A DNA stretch of 64,000 bases, taken from IMG/VR virus record IMGVR_UViG_3300046167_000888. The stretch is one strand, 5' to 3'. The position numbers were made by a program, and so were the translations under genes. The notes under the pieces were generated by a model. It was not told where the DNA came from. It made no database searches and saw only the letters and a list, made by a program, of their open reading frames with translations. Numbering within the stretch: the first letter of the stretch is position 1; each line of letters opens with the position of its first letter. The DNA comes from a virus. This document shows, piece after piece, positions 51,669-60,198 of the stretch.

Positions 51669-52265
51669 ATGAAAAAGAAATTAAATAGTATTACAATATT
51701 TTTATTATTTGCACTAGCATTATTTTCATTAATGGCGTTTACATCAGTGTATAAAGCTGTAGTAAATCCAATTGTTAATTTACCCTCTAAAGGTATAGTT
51801 ACTATACCAATTGAACCGATAACGGTAGATGAAATAAAATTAGTAGTGCCTTCACATCAAGCATTTTTAGATGCTATTGGTTTTAGAGAATCAGGTAATA
51901 GATATGATATTGTAAATAGTTTTGGTTACATGGGTAAATATCAGTTTGGTAAATCAACACTTAAAGGGTTAGGGTTTAAAGTAACTCAAGAAGAATTTTT
52001 AAATAATCCTGCGTTACAAGAACAAGCAATGTATGAGTTACTAAAACATAATAAAAAGAAATTAAGACGTTTTATTAAAAAATATGATGGTAAAGTAGTA
52101 CATGGAGTATTAATTACAGAATCAGGAATATTAGCAGCGGCTCATTTAGCAGGTCAAGGTAATGTTCGTAAATTTTTTAGAAACGGGTATGAATTTAAAG
52201 ATGGTTATGGTACTAAAATGACTTCATACATGGAACAATTTGGAGGATATGATTTAAATGTTTAA
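51669..52265 (+). CDS. Lysozyme-like / lytic transglycosylase with N-terminal TM anchor
   Basis: IGFRESG, GKYQFG, LAAAHLAG. Confidence 0.75.
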   Translation: MKKKLNSITIFLLFALALFSLMAFTSVYKAVVNPIVNLPSKGIVTIPIEPITVDEIKLVVPSHQAFLDAIGFRESGNRYDIVNSFGYMGKYQFGKSTLKGLGFKVTQEEFLNNPALQEQAMYELLKHNKKKLRRFIKKYDGKVVHGVLITESGILAAAHLAGQGNVRKFFRNGYEFKDGYGTKMTSYMEQFGGYDLNV

Positions 52266-52291
52266 TTACATATTTATGCCTAAAATATACA

Positions 52292-52417
52292 ATGGCAAAA
52301 ATTCAATTAAGCAATTATATCTCAAAAGCTGGTAAGAAAAGACCAGGTGTGCATTCAAAAAATGCTTCAAGAGGACAAAATGGATATAAAAAAGCTTACA
52401 GAGGACAAGGTAGATAA
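52292..52417 (+). CDS. 41-aa basic peptide ending YRGQGR (not in ORF track)
   Basis: MAKIQLSNYISKAGKKRPGVHSKNASRGQNGYKKAYRGQGR after an ATATTTAT motif. Confidence 0.55.
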   Translation: MAKIQLSNYISKAGKKRPGVHSKNASRGQNGYKKAYRGQGR

Positions 52418-53072
52418 ATTTAAAAGACAGGGTTACATTCATTTAGAAAATGTTATAGAATCTTCTCTATTAGCTCATACTCGTAATCGAGCTATAAAAC
52501 TTAAATTAAAATACCAAAGTAAATTAGGTGAACAAAGACATAATGGTTCAGGTACATTTTGGGGTGGGCTTGAATTGGCTAGTACTTTAGATCCATCGTT
52601 ATGGAAAAGTTATACATCAGTTACGATGTATAGACTATCTAAAACACTATTAGGTACAGAACCTTATTTATTTAATGATCAAGTTGTAGTTAAATCTCCT
52701 AATGAAGATTTTAAATTTGATCCTCATACTGATAATATGTTAGGACCTGATCCTGCTGGTGCATTAGAAGGTAAATTTCAAACAATTAATTTTTGTCAAA
52801 TATTAACTAACATGACTGATTTAGATGTTGGTCCATTATCTGTTTTAAATGCTGAAACTAATAATTACGATACAATATTAGCATCTGCTGGTGATATAGT
52901 TGCTATAGATGGAAATACTTTACATGCATCTACTGCTAACGTTTCCAATAAAATGAGAGCATTATACGCTTGTGTTTATTCTTCTCATGCAATAGGTGAT
53001 TTTCAAAAGGGATTTTATAATGAAGCATTTGCAGAATTGCTTGGCTACCCGAAGTACTGTTCGTATATTTAG
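52380..53072 (+). CDS. Phytanoyl-CoA dioxygenase-like 2OG-Fe(II) oxygenase
   Basis: FKRQGYIHL, DQVVVK, PHTDN, AGD..DGNTLHAS. Confidence 0.8.
   Translation: MDIKKLTEDKVDKFKRQGYIHLENVIESSLLAHTRNRAIKLKLKYQSKLGEQRHNGSGTFWGGLELASTLDPSLWKSYTSVTMYRLSKTLLGTEPYLFNDQVVVKSPNEDFKFDPHTDNMLGPDPAGALEGKFQTINFCQILTNMTDLDVGPLSVLNAETNNYDTILASAGDIVAIDGNTLHASTANVSNKMRALYACVYSSHAIGDFQKGFYNEAFAELLGYPKYCSYI
53040..53071 (+). promoter_or_regulatory. Repeated promoter motif
   Basis: CTTGG..TCGTATATTTA. Confidence 0.75.
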
Positions 53073-53099
53073 GGTATAGTAATAAAATAAATAAAGGTT

Positions 53100-53333
53100 A
53101 TGTCAGAAAAAAGATATGTAGCAACAATTGAAATGTACGTTTATGCCGAAAATGATTATATGGCTAAGAAACGAGCACATGATTTGAAATTGTCAATTGA
53201 AAATAGACGTCATTCAGATCAAGTTAAAGTAACTGAAATTGGAGAACAACCATTTGGTAGTTTTGATTACCGTAAATTAGAAGATCCAACGTTTACACCT
53301 AAAGATATGTCTAACAAACCATTACCATTTTAA
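53100..53333 (+). CDS. Hypothetical (early-type) protein
   Basis: Promoter + AATAAAGGTTATG. Confidence 0.6.
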   Translation: MSEKRYVATIEMYVYAENDYMAKKRAHDLKLSIENRRHSDQVKVTEIGEQPFGSFDYRKLEDPTFTPKDMSNKPLPF

Positions 53334-53334
53334 T

Positions 53335-53586
53335 ATGCAAGAATTAGAATTATTAGATAAAGCAATGAATGTTGGTTATAATATGCTAATGGGTAAAGAT
53401 AAACCATTTGAACCAACTGATAGTGATGAAATAGAAGATATGATCTTCATCCCAGATCCAGAAATTACTGAGTTAGAAATGGCAAATGATTTACTTGAGT
53501 ATTTTGAATCAACAGAAGAATATGAAAAGTGTGCTAATATAAGAGATGCAATCAAAAGTATAAATGTTATAAATAAATTGATATGA
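53335..53586 (+). CDS. Protein with UVR-like C-terminal motif
   Basis: EEYEKCANIRD. Confidence 0.55.
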   Translation: MQELELLDKAMNVGYNMLMGKDKPFEPTDSDEIEDMIFIPDPEITELEMANDLLEYFESTEEYEKCANIRDAIKSINVINKLI

Positions 53587-53857
53587 TAAAAGCAGGGGAT
53601 TGGATAATAGTAGATGAAGATAAACGTAAAAAATGTTTTGGTAAAACAGACAGTGGTAATTACTTAATTAAAATGTATAATAAATTAATGCAAGTACCAC
53701 CTAATAGAGTAATAAAATCAGATTATGGCAAATAGAGGATGTGAATGGGATAGTCCCATTTTTAGACAAATAATGGCAGAAAAACAGGCCAATCGTGGAT
53801 TACATTCCACAACGAGCATGCCAATTAATGAATATAAAACTAAAAGAGGTAAATATA

Positions 53858-54241
53858 ATGGTAGAAAGACGAGGTAGACCAAGCGAACAACCCGCTGTAG
53901 CATTAGACAAGTGGGTATTAGAAACAGAAGACCAAACATGGTATTTTGATAGATCAAAATCACCTAATGGCTGTTACAAAGTAGTAAATAAATTTGAACC
54001 AGGTCGTAGTGCAAAACCAAAAATCGATCAACGAATGTATGGTAAAAATCCTGTAGTTGTAGTATTTAAAACATCAAACCGTTCAAATGCTAAAACAAAG
54101 ATGAAAGTAATTAATAAAAATATTGATTATGTTTTAGGCTCTAAAAAAATACCAGGCATACCTGCTATTGCTGAATGGTTAGAAGTAGGTGTAGGTAAGT
54201 CATTTATTAACAAATATAAACAAAAATATAATTTAGCTTAG
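53858..54241 (+). CDS. Hypothetical protein
   Basis: MVERRGRPS.. start within ORF 53795..54241. Confidence 0.55.
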   Translation: MVERRGRPSEQPAVALDKWVLETEDQTWYFDRSKSPNGCYKVVNKFEPGRSAKPKIDQRMYGKNPVVVVFKTSNRSNAKTKMKVINKNIDYVLGSKKIPGIPAIAEWLEVGVGKSFINKYKQKYNLA

Positions 54242-54280
54242 TCTTTATATATTTATGATAAACATTTAAAAATTAATATT

Positions 54281-54574
54281 ATGATCACATTTTGGATTAT
54301 TATTGCAGTTATTTTAGTAGCATTTGGTGCATATGCCTGGTACTACAAACAAGGAAAGATCAATGACAGAGACAAAGATTACATTCCTGATGAAATAGAA
54401 GATGCAGTAGAGGACGTTAAAGTTGTAGCTAAAGAAGTAAAGCGTAGAGCTAAAAACGTAAAAGAAGAATTAAAAGACGTTGTTGACGCAGCTAAAGAAT
54501 TAGGTAACCAAACAGGAGACGTAATTCAAGCAGCTAAAGGAAAAAAAAGACAAGGACGTAAACCTAAAAATTAA
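54281..54574 (+). CDS. Membrane-anchored helical protein
   Basis: N-terminal TM, amphipathic repeats, basic tail. Confidence 0.6.
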   Translation: MITFWIIIAVILVAFGAYAWYYKQGKINDRDKDYIPDEIEDAVEDVKVVAKEVKRRAKNVKEELKDVVDAAKELGNQTGDVIQAAKGKKRQGRKPKN

Positions 54575-54577
54575 AAC

Positions 54578-55348
54578 ATGAATTTATCACCAGAAGAAAA
54601 AGACAGATTCGATAACCTATCTACTAGCGACCAGCTTAAGTTGGAAAAAATATTTAGTATGATGCAAGCTGAAAAAAATAAAGCTAATGATCCTAAATCA
54701 GCAGTAGTAGATAGAGCAGGTAACACATCTAAATTTGCTAAAGGGGAAATGGCTGAAAATGGAGAGCCTAAAGATTATACAGAAGAGATAGCTGAGGGTG
54801 CTACAGATTTTATCTCATTAGATAATGAAACAGCTAGTCATATTGAAAGTTTATTAAGTATACCATTAAAGAAAAAATTCTTAGATAACGCTTTAGATTT
54901 AATTCAAGATCTATGGGAAGATACTCCGTTTGATGCTGAAGATGTTGTTACTCACCTAGCAAATGAAATTATGAATATGTTAGATGGTTGGCAAGAACAA
55001 GGTGATAGATTAGCTGGTTTGGAAGAAAATCATGCTATGCAAGGTACTGAAGCTGAATTAGAAGCAGGTGAAATAGGTAATATGGATGCTTTAACAGAAG
55101 AAATAGGACCTACTGGAATTGCAATTACAGACAAACAACTTGATAGTCTTAAAAAACTTGGAGCTATCTCAGGATTAGAAGTTTACGTCCAAGATAAAGA
55201 TGGATCAAACGTAAGAAAAGTAGATTATACTTTAACTAATACAAACTTCGAAAAAGATCCAGATGACATAGATTATATAGATGAAAATGAAGGGCAAGAG
55301 GAATTAAAAGAACACTTTAACCGATTTATGTTTAAAAAATATCAATAA
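54578..55348 (+). CDS. Acidic hypothetical protein (possible head-internal protein)
   Basis: Very acidic; terminal LKEHFNRFM. Confidence 0.55.
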   Translation: MNLSPEEKDRFDNLSTSDQLKLEKIFSMMQAEKNKANDPKSAVVDRAGNTSKFAKGEMAENGEPKDYTEEIAEGATDFISLDNETASHIESLLSIPLKKKFLDNALDLIQDLWEDTPFDAEDVVTHLANEIMNMLDGWQEQGDRLAGLEENHAMQGTEAELEAGEIGNMDALTEEIGPTGIAITDKQLDSLKKLGAISGLEVYVQDKDGSNVRKVDYTLTNTNFEKDPDDIDYIDENEGQEELKEHFNRFMFKKYQ

Positions 55349-55372
55349 AACAGGCACACATTTTTTGAAGGT

Positions 55373-55404
55373 AATGCGGTATCCATTTGGCTACCGCATT
55401 TTTT
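55373..55404 (+). terminator. Rho-independent terminator overlapping the next promoter
   Basis: AATGCGGTA..TACCGCATT stem followed by T-run. Confidence 0.75.
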
Positions 55405-55415
55405 CTTCGTATATT
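55386..55415 (+). promoter_or_regulatory. Repeated promoter motif
   Basis: TTTGG..TCGTATATT. Confidence 0.75.
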
Positions 55416-55439
55416 CACGGGTAATTAAAAATAAAGGTT

Positions 55440-55887
55440 ATGCCCATAGTAGAATTTTCAAATTTAAATAAGTACGGAAATATTAGAACCCGTAGATTTT
55501 GGAAGGAAAAATCCAATTTAAGCATTAATCCAAGTGGATTTGGTCCCTTTATATCATATAGATTATTTAAATATGATTATGAAGGTATTTTACCTCCAAG
55601 TTTATTAAATATAGGTGGTAAAAGATATATTGTACCATCTTGGCAGGAAGTATTACCTGAAACTAGATTGGAAGATATCAATTGGAAAAAACCTAAAATT
55701 AAAAAGCAGGTTAAGCAAAAAACCAATAATAGAAACCAATGTTAGTGGAAGTGGTTTAGGTGAATACACAACTAAATACTATCCAGAAAGTGGTAAATTT
55801 CATTGTACATGCCCTGGATATTGGAGATCAGGAGGTAATTGTAAGCATGTAAAAGCAATGCGAGAAAAATTAGGAGAAGCAAAATAG
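55440..55887 (+). CDS. SWIM zinc-finger protein; 1-nt frameshift in A-run ~55717-55722
   Basis: CTCPGY..CKH; ORFs 55440..55745 and 55615..55887 join. Confidence 0.7.
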
Positions 55888-55899
55888 GAATCGTATATT
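55870..55899 (+). promoter_or_regulatory. Repeated promoter motif
   Basis: TTAGG..TCGTATATT. Confidence 0.75.
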
Positions 55900-55924
55900 C
55901 ACGTATATAAAAATAATAAAGGTC

Positions 55925-56212
55925 ATGAAAACATTTAAAGATTTAGAATTTAAGAAACATAAATTTAGTAAAGGAATTCAAGCATCACTTGAATTGAAAC
56001 CTAATGTATTTATCTCTGTAGTTGCAGGTGAAGGTATGTACAGTACATCTAAAGCAGGTGTTAGAGCTAAAGCTAGTAAACCAGAAGATGTTTCAACATT
56101 TGAGGTTGCTATTATAAATGAAAACTTAGAACCGGATCAACAACAATGGGATGTTTCAGGTTGGCAGTCAAGAGAAGATATTGATAAACTTATGTTGAAA
56201 TGGAGCAAGTAA
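55925..56212 (+). CDS. Hypothetical (early-type) protein
   Basis: Promoter + RBS-like motif. Confidence 0.6.
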   Translation: MKTFKDLEFKKHKFSKGIQASLELKPNVFISVVAGEGMYSTSKAGVRAKASKPEDVSTFEVAIINENLEPDQQQWDVSGWQSREDIDKLMLKWSK

Positions 56213-56308
56213 TAGACGGAATGGTTTACTGTAATGAAATTGAAAAATGGGTTACAGTAGAAGAGTATAATAATGAGTATAATACTAATTTAAAATAAAA
56301 TAAAGGTT

Positions 56309-56560
56309 ATGGTTAGAGTTAGAACAGGTTTAAAAAACATTAAAAACGGACAATTACACAGGCATTATCAAAAATGTAAAGATTATATTGCAGCTAAAGA
56401 TGATAGCAAAGCAAGAGATTACTGTGATATGGGAATAGCCCATTTAGCATATTTAAAAGAAGATGGTGCTAATGGTACAGATATAATTGAAGGTAGTACT
56501 ATTAATCTTTGGTTAGAAAGATTTTGGCAACAACTAGAAAATAATAACTTAATGCTTTAA
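56309..56560 (+). CDS. Hypothetical protein
   Basis: AATAAAGGTTATG start. Confidence 0.55.
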   Translation: MVRVRTGLKNIKNGQLHRHYQKCKDYIAAKDDSKARDYCDMGIAHLAYLKEDGANGTDIIEGSTINLWLERFWQQLENNNLML

Positions 56561-56828
56561 TTATGGATAAGGAATTATTATATCAAACATTAAATCATAT
56601 TTTAGAAGCTATTGAGGAAGAACAGCTGTCAGCAGCTAGAACCCAATTAGAGGGTTTAATTAAAGAAATTCAATACGGGATTTATGACAAATAAAAAAAC
56701 CAAAAAGAGGCAATATAGATCGAATCAAGGTAGATCACCTCATCAGCAAAGGAGTAATGAAATAGCAGCATTTGTTAGTGTTATAGGATTAATTGTGACT
56801 ATATTAGTCATCGCAGCAGTAGAAATGT

Positions 56829-57044
56829 ATGGCTAAAAAGAAAGGTAGTACCAGACTTAGAAATAATAAGGCAAGATTATTAAAGTTTTTAAGGTATACT
56901 AATAAGCTAACTGCTTATCAGAAATTTGCCTCAAGAGTAGGTTATATGGGAGCTGGATTTTTAATTGCAGCACAGTGGACAATTGAGCCCTACACTTTAT
57001 ATAATAGGATTTATTTGCGTTATGGTTCAAACATCATCTCGTAA
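56829..57044 (+). CDS. Small membrane protein (probably frameshifted, extending to ~57113)
   Basis: Hydrophobic frame continues downstream. Confidence 0.4.
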   Translation: MAKKKGSTRLRNNKARLLKFLRYTNKLTAYQKFASRVGYMGAGFLIAAQWTIEPYTLYNRIYLRYGSNIIS

Positions 57045-57116
57045 ACAATGGAATTTAGTTGCTCTAAATTTTAACGGTTTAGTAGCATGGATTAGTCCAC
57101 TTTTTAAAATAATAAT

Positions 57117-57326
57117 ATGGATAGTAAATGGTTTGGGTTGAAATTAAATTTTAAATGGCCCCACGAAGGTATATGTTTTGGTATTAGTATCGATTTTTTT
57201 GAGGAAGATGAAGCATTACCTTGGCAAAGTATAGTAGTAAGATGTTTATTCTTAACTGTAATTTATGATTATGGTTATGGAGAGTATAGTAAAGAACAGT
57301 ATAATAATCAAGATTATGATAATTAA
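57117..57326 (+). CDS. Hypothetical protein
   Basis: Intact ORF. Confidence 0.5.
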   Translation: MDSKWFGLKLNFKWPHEGICFGISIDFFEEDEALPWQSIVVRCLFLTVIYDYGYGEYSKEQYNNQDYDN

Positions 57327-57675
57327 AGATTTATTTATAGGTATTGGAGCATTTTTTGTTGCTCATGTACTTACATTTTATCAACTAAATGGTCAATTTC
57401 TAAAATCAACAGATTGGTTTAGAAATAATACATTTTGGGTTGCAGCAGCAGGTATTGTATTATCGTTTTTCTATATTTGGGGAACTAAATATGCAGTACA
57501 AGGAATGGGTGGTTTATTATGGCCTGCTCGTTTCATCGGTTTTGGAGTTGGTATGATTATTTATGCCATAATGGTTAATTACCATTTCAACGAAGGTATT
57601 AATAACAAAACATGGGTTAGTTTAGCACTAGCGTTAATATTAATTTGCATACAAGTATTATGGAAAACTAAATAA
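57316..57675 (+). CDS. Four-TM membrane protein (SMR/DMT-like)
   Basis: Four hydrophobic helices in ~119 aa. Confidence 0.55.
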   Translation: MIIKDLFIGIGAFFVAHVLTFYQLNGQFLKSTDWFRNNTFWVAAAGIVLSFFYIWGTKYAVQGMGGLLWPARFIGFGVGMIIYAIMVNYHFNEGINNKTWVSLALALILICIQVLWKTK

Positions 57676-57921
57676 ATGAAATTAGAAAGTATAGTAGACA
57701 ATATTTGGAAATGTGGATGTGGGTCATTAAATTCCCCATATAATAAAAAATGTGGTGGTTGTGGTATAGAAAATAGATTTAGAGTTATGGATGGAAACGA
57801 AATAATAGAAAGGTTAAAAGCAATAAGACAAGACGTAAGTGATGTTAATCTTAAAAATGCAATGCAAAAGATAGATTACTTATGTGATGATATATTTATG
57901 TATAAAAATAACAGTTTATGA
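57676..57921 (+). CDS. Small zinc-ribbon protein
   Basis: WKCGCG..N..CGGCG. Confidence 0.5.
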   Translation: MKLESIVDNIWKCGCGSLNSPYNKKCGGCGIENRFRVMDGNEIIERLKAIRQDVSDVNLKNAMQKIDYLCDDIFMYKNNSL

Positions 57922-58655
57922 TTAAAGGGGTTATAGCAGGAAATTTTGATGCAATGCATCCAGGATACATTAAAATGTTTAATGAAATGAAACAACATTG
58001 TGATGTATTAGTTGTATTACTCCATGTTGATCCTTCAATTGAACGACCTCATAAATTAAAACCTATATTATCAGCTGATGAACGTAAAGATATGTTAATG
58101 TCTTTAGAAGATGTTGATGATGTAATTAGATACACCTATGAAGAACAATTGCTTTGGTTATTAAAAAAAGGTGAATTTGATATTAGATTTTTAGGTGATG
58201 ATTATGTAGACAAACCATTCACAGGTGATAATCTAAAATTACCAATATATTACTTAAATAGAGATCATGGTTGGTCAACAACTAAATATAAAACGTTAAT
58301 AGCTAACAGTCTAAATGAAACAGATGAGCGACCTTGGGGTAAATATGAAGTATTACTTGATGCACCTGATGTTAAAATAAAACGAATTACTGTTAACCCA
58401 GGTCAAAGATTATCATATCAATATCATGAAAAGCGAGCTGAAGTATGGACAGTTGTAAGTGGTATACTTACAATTATTTTAGAAGACGATAAATTATTTA
58501 GAGGTAAAGGACAATCAGTTAGAATACCTCAAGGAGATAGACATAGAGCTTGGAATGAAACTGATACACCAGTAGTATTTATTGAAGTACAAACCGGTTC
58601 TTACTTTGGTGAGGACGATATAATAAGAATAGAAGATGACTATAAAAGAAATTAG
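57918..58655 (+). CDS. Cytidylyltransferase (TagD/RfaE-like) fused to type II phosphomannose-isomerase cupin
   Basis: GNFDAMHPGY..WSTT; RPWG, LSYQYHEKRAEVW, EVQTGSYFGEDDIIRIEDDY. Confidence 0.85.
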   Translation: MIKGVIAGNFDAMHPGYIKMFNEMKQHCDVLVVLLHVDPSIERPHKLKPILSADERKDMLMSLEDVDDVIRYTYEEQLLWLLKKGEFDIRFLGDDYVDKPFTGDNLKLPIYYLNRDHGWSTTKYKTLIANSLNETDERPWGKYEVLLDAPDVKIKRITVNPGQRLSYQYHEKRAEVWTVVSGILTIILEDDKLFRGKGQSVRIPQGDRHRAWNETDTPVVFIEVQTGSYFGEDDIIRIEDDYKRN

Positions 58656-58738
58656 TGCAGAAATTAGAAGATTAAAGTTAGTAAAACCCCAAACACAAGG
58701 TATTAAAATTAAAATTCAGAAATTACAACAACAGTTAT

Positions 58739-58957
58739 TTGAACGAGATGGAATATAATTTACTCCAACATGGTGATCAGCTACTTCAAATAAAAAGAGA
58801 TTTTAACCCATTATACTTTGTTACTGAACCCAATGGTAAGGAAATGAACAAAGAATTATTAGGTATGTGGGTAAAGCATCTAGAATGTGATGCTGTAGTT
58901 AGAAAGGATAATAGAATATTAATATGCCAAACAGTAGAAGAGGCACAAATAGTATAG
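58739..58957 (+). CDS. Hypothetical protein
   Basis: Intact ORF. Confidence 0.5.
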   Translation: MNEMEYNLLQHGDQLLQIKRDFNPLYFVTEPNGKEMNKELLGMWVKHLECDAVVRKDNRILICQTVEEAQIV

Positions 58958-58960
58958 TTT

Positions 58961-59722
58961 ATGATAAGTTATATTATACCCACTTTATGGAAATCCCCTA
59001 ATATCTATAAATTAATAGAAGGTTTTGAATCAATAGATGATGATAACGCCGAGTTAATTATCATTAATAATGATGTTCAAGTAATTGACTTTAAACCCAC
59101 TGATAAACGCATTAAAGTGTTTCAAATGGATGAAAACCAATTTGTAAACCCTTCTTGGCAAATAGGATTTGATTATTCAACACAAGATAAAATTGCAATA
59201 TTAAATGACGATATAATATTCAATGTTAAAAGATTCCATGAATTTATAATAGCATCAGATGCAAAAGCAATTTGTATGACTAATTGGAATCGAATTGATA
59301 AAGATTTAGATACATGGGAATTAGTTGATAATGGCTCTCCAAATGCTAGACCAGCTGGTGGAGGACAATTAATGATGGTTAATAGAGAGAATTGGCCAAC
59401 ATTACCTTACAATATGAAATTGTGGCACGGTGATGATGTTATTTATTATTATAATACATTAGTTAAAAACATTAAGTTTTGTTTTATTAGAGGAATGGCT
59501 GTTACAGGTGATCAAAGTGTGAGTGTAAATAGTAGTATTATACCAAAGAAAATGGGTGAAACATTTACTCAAGATACCTTGGAGTATTATAAAAAGATGC
59601 ATATATTGGGTCTATCATGTAGCACAGTGTTCCCTATGGAATTGAAAATGGCTTGGAAATATGGTGATTTAGAAACAAAGCTTAGATACGAACAAAAATT
59701 AGATAACATAATCAATGGCTAA
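58961..59722 (+). CDS. GT2-like glycosyltransferase
   Basis: ISYIIPT, VNPSW, ILNDDI. Confidence 0.75.
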   Translation: MISYIIPTLWKSPNIYKLIEGFESIDDDNAELIIINNDVQVIDFKPTDKRIKVFQMDENQFVNPSWQIGFDYSTQDKIAILNDDIIFNVKRFHEFIIASDAKAICMTNWNRIDKDLDTWELVDNGSPNARPAGGGQLMMVNRENWPTLPYNMKLWHGDDVIYYYNTLVKNIKFCFIRGMAVTGDQSVSVNSSIIPKKMGETFTQDTLEYYKKMHILGLSCSTVFPMELKMAWKYGDLETKLRYEQKLDNIING

Positions 59723-60053
59723 AACGTGTGCTTGGTGCTTTAAAAAAACAAACCTACCAGATGTGTTTGCTGCTGAGGCTCCACTAATGATATTTATGGA
59801 GGACCGTATTAATAAATGGTGTGAGGAACATAATATAACAAGAGATGAGTTATGGGGTGGAGAAAGCGATTGGAATAAAATTGACTTAGACCCAGCAATG
59901 GAAATGGAATTACTAGCATATGATGAATTAGTAGCTAGTGTGTCTAAAAAAACCATATGTAAAGAATGTTTGATTGAAGATGATAAGGTTTACAAGAAAT
60001 ATTATTTAGATTTTGAAAACGATATAACATTTACTTTAGACGATATAGAATGA
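59715..60053 (+). CDS. Hypothetical protein with split CxxC..CxxC
   Basis: CAWC..CKEC. Confidence 0.55.
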   Translation: MAKTCAWCFKKTNLPDVFAAEAPLMIFMEDRINKWCEEHNITRDELWGGESDWNKIDLDPAMEMELLAYDELVASVSKKTICKECLIEDDKVYKKYYLDFENDITFTLDDIE

Positions 60054-60198
60054 AATACTTAATAGAATACAATTGGGGGACAAACGATAAATACAATGAA
60101 TCAGTTACAATCGAAACTGATAATATTGAATATACCTGTGAGCAAATGGGTAGACATAGAAATAATATAGAATTTACTAAAATAAAGTTATTAGACGA

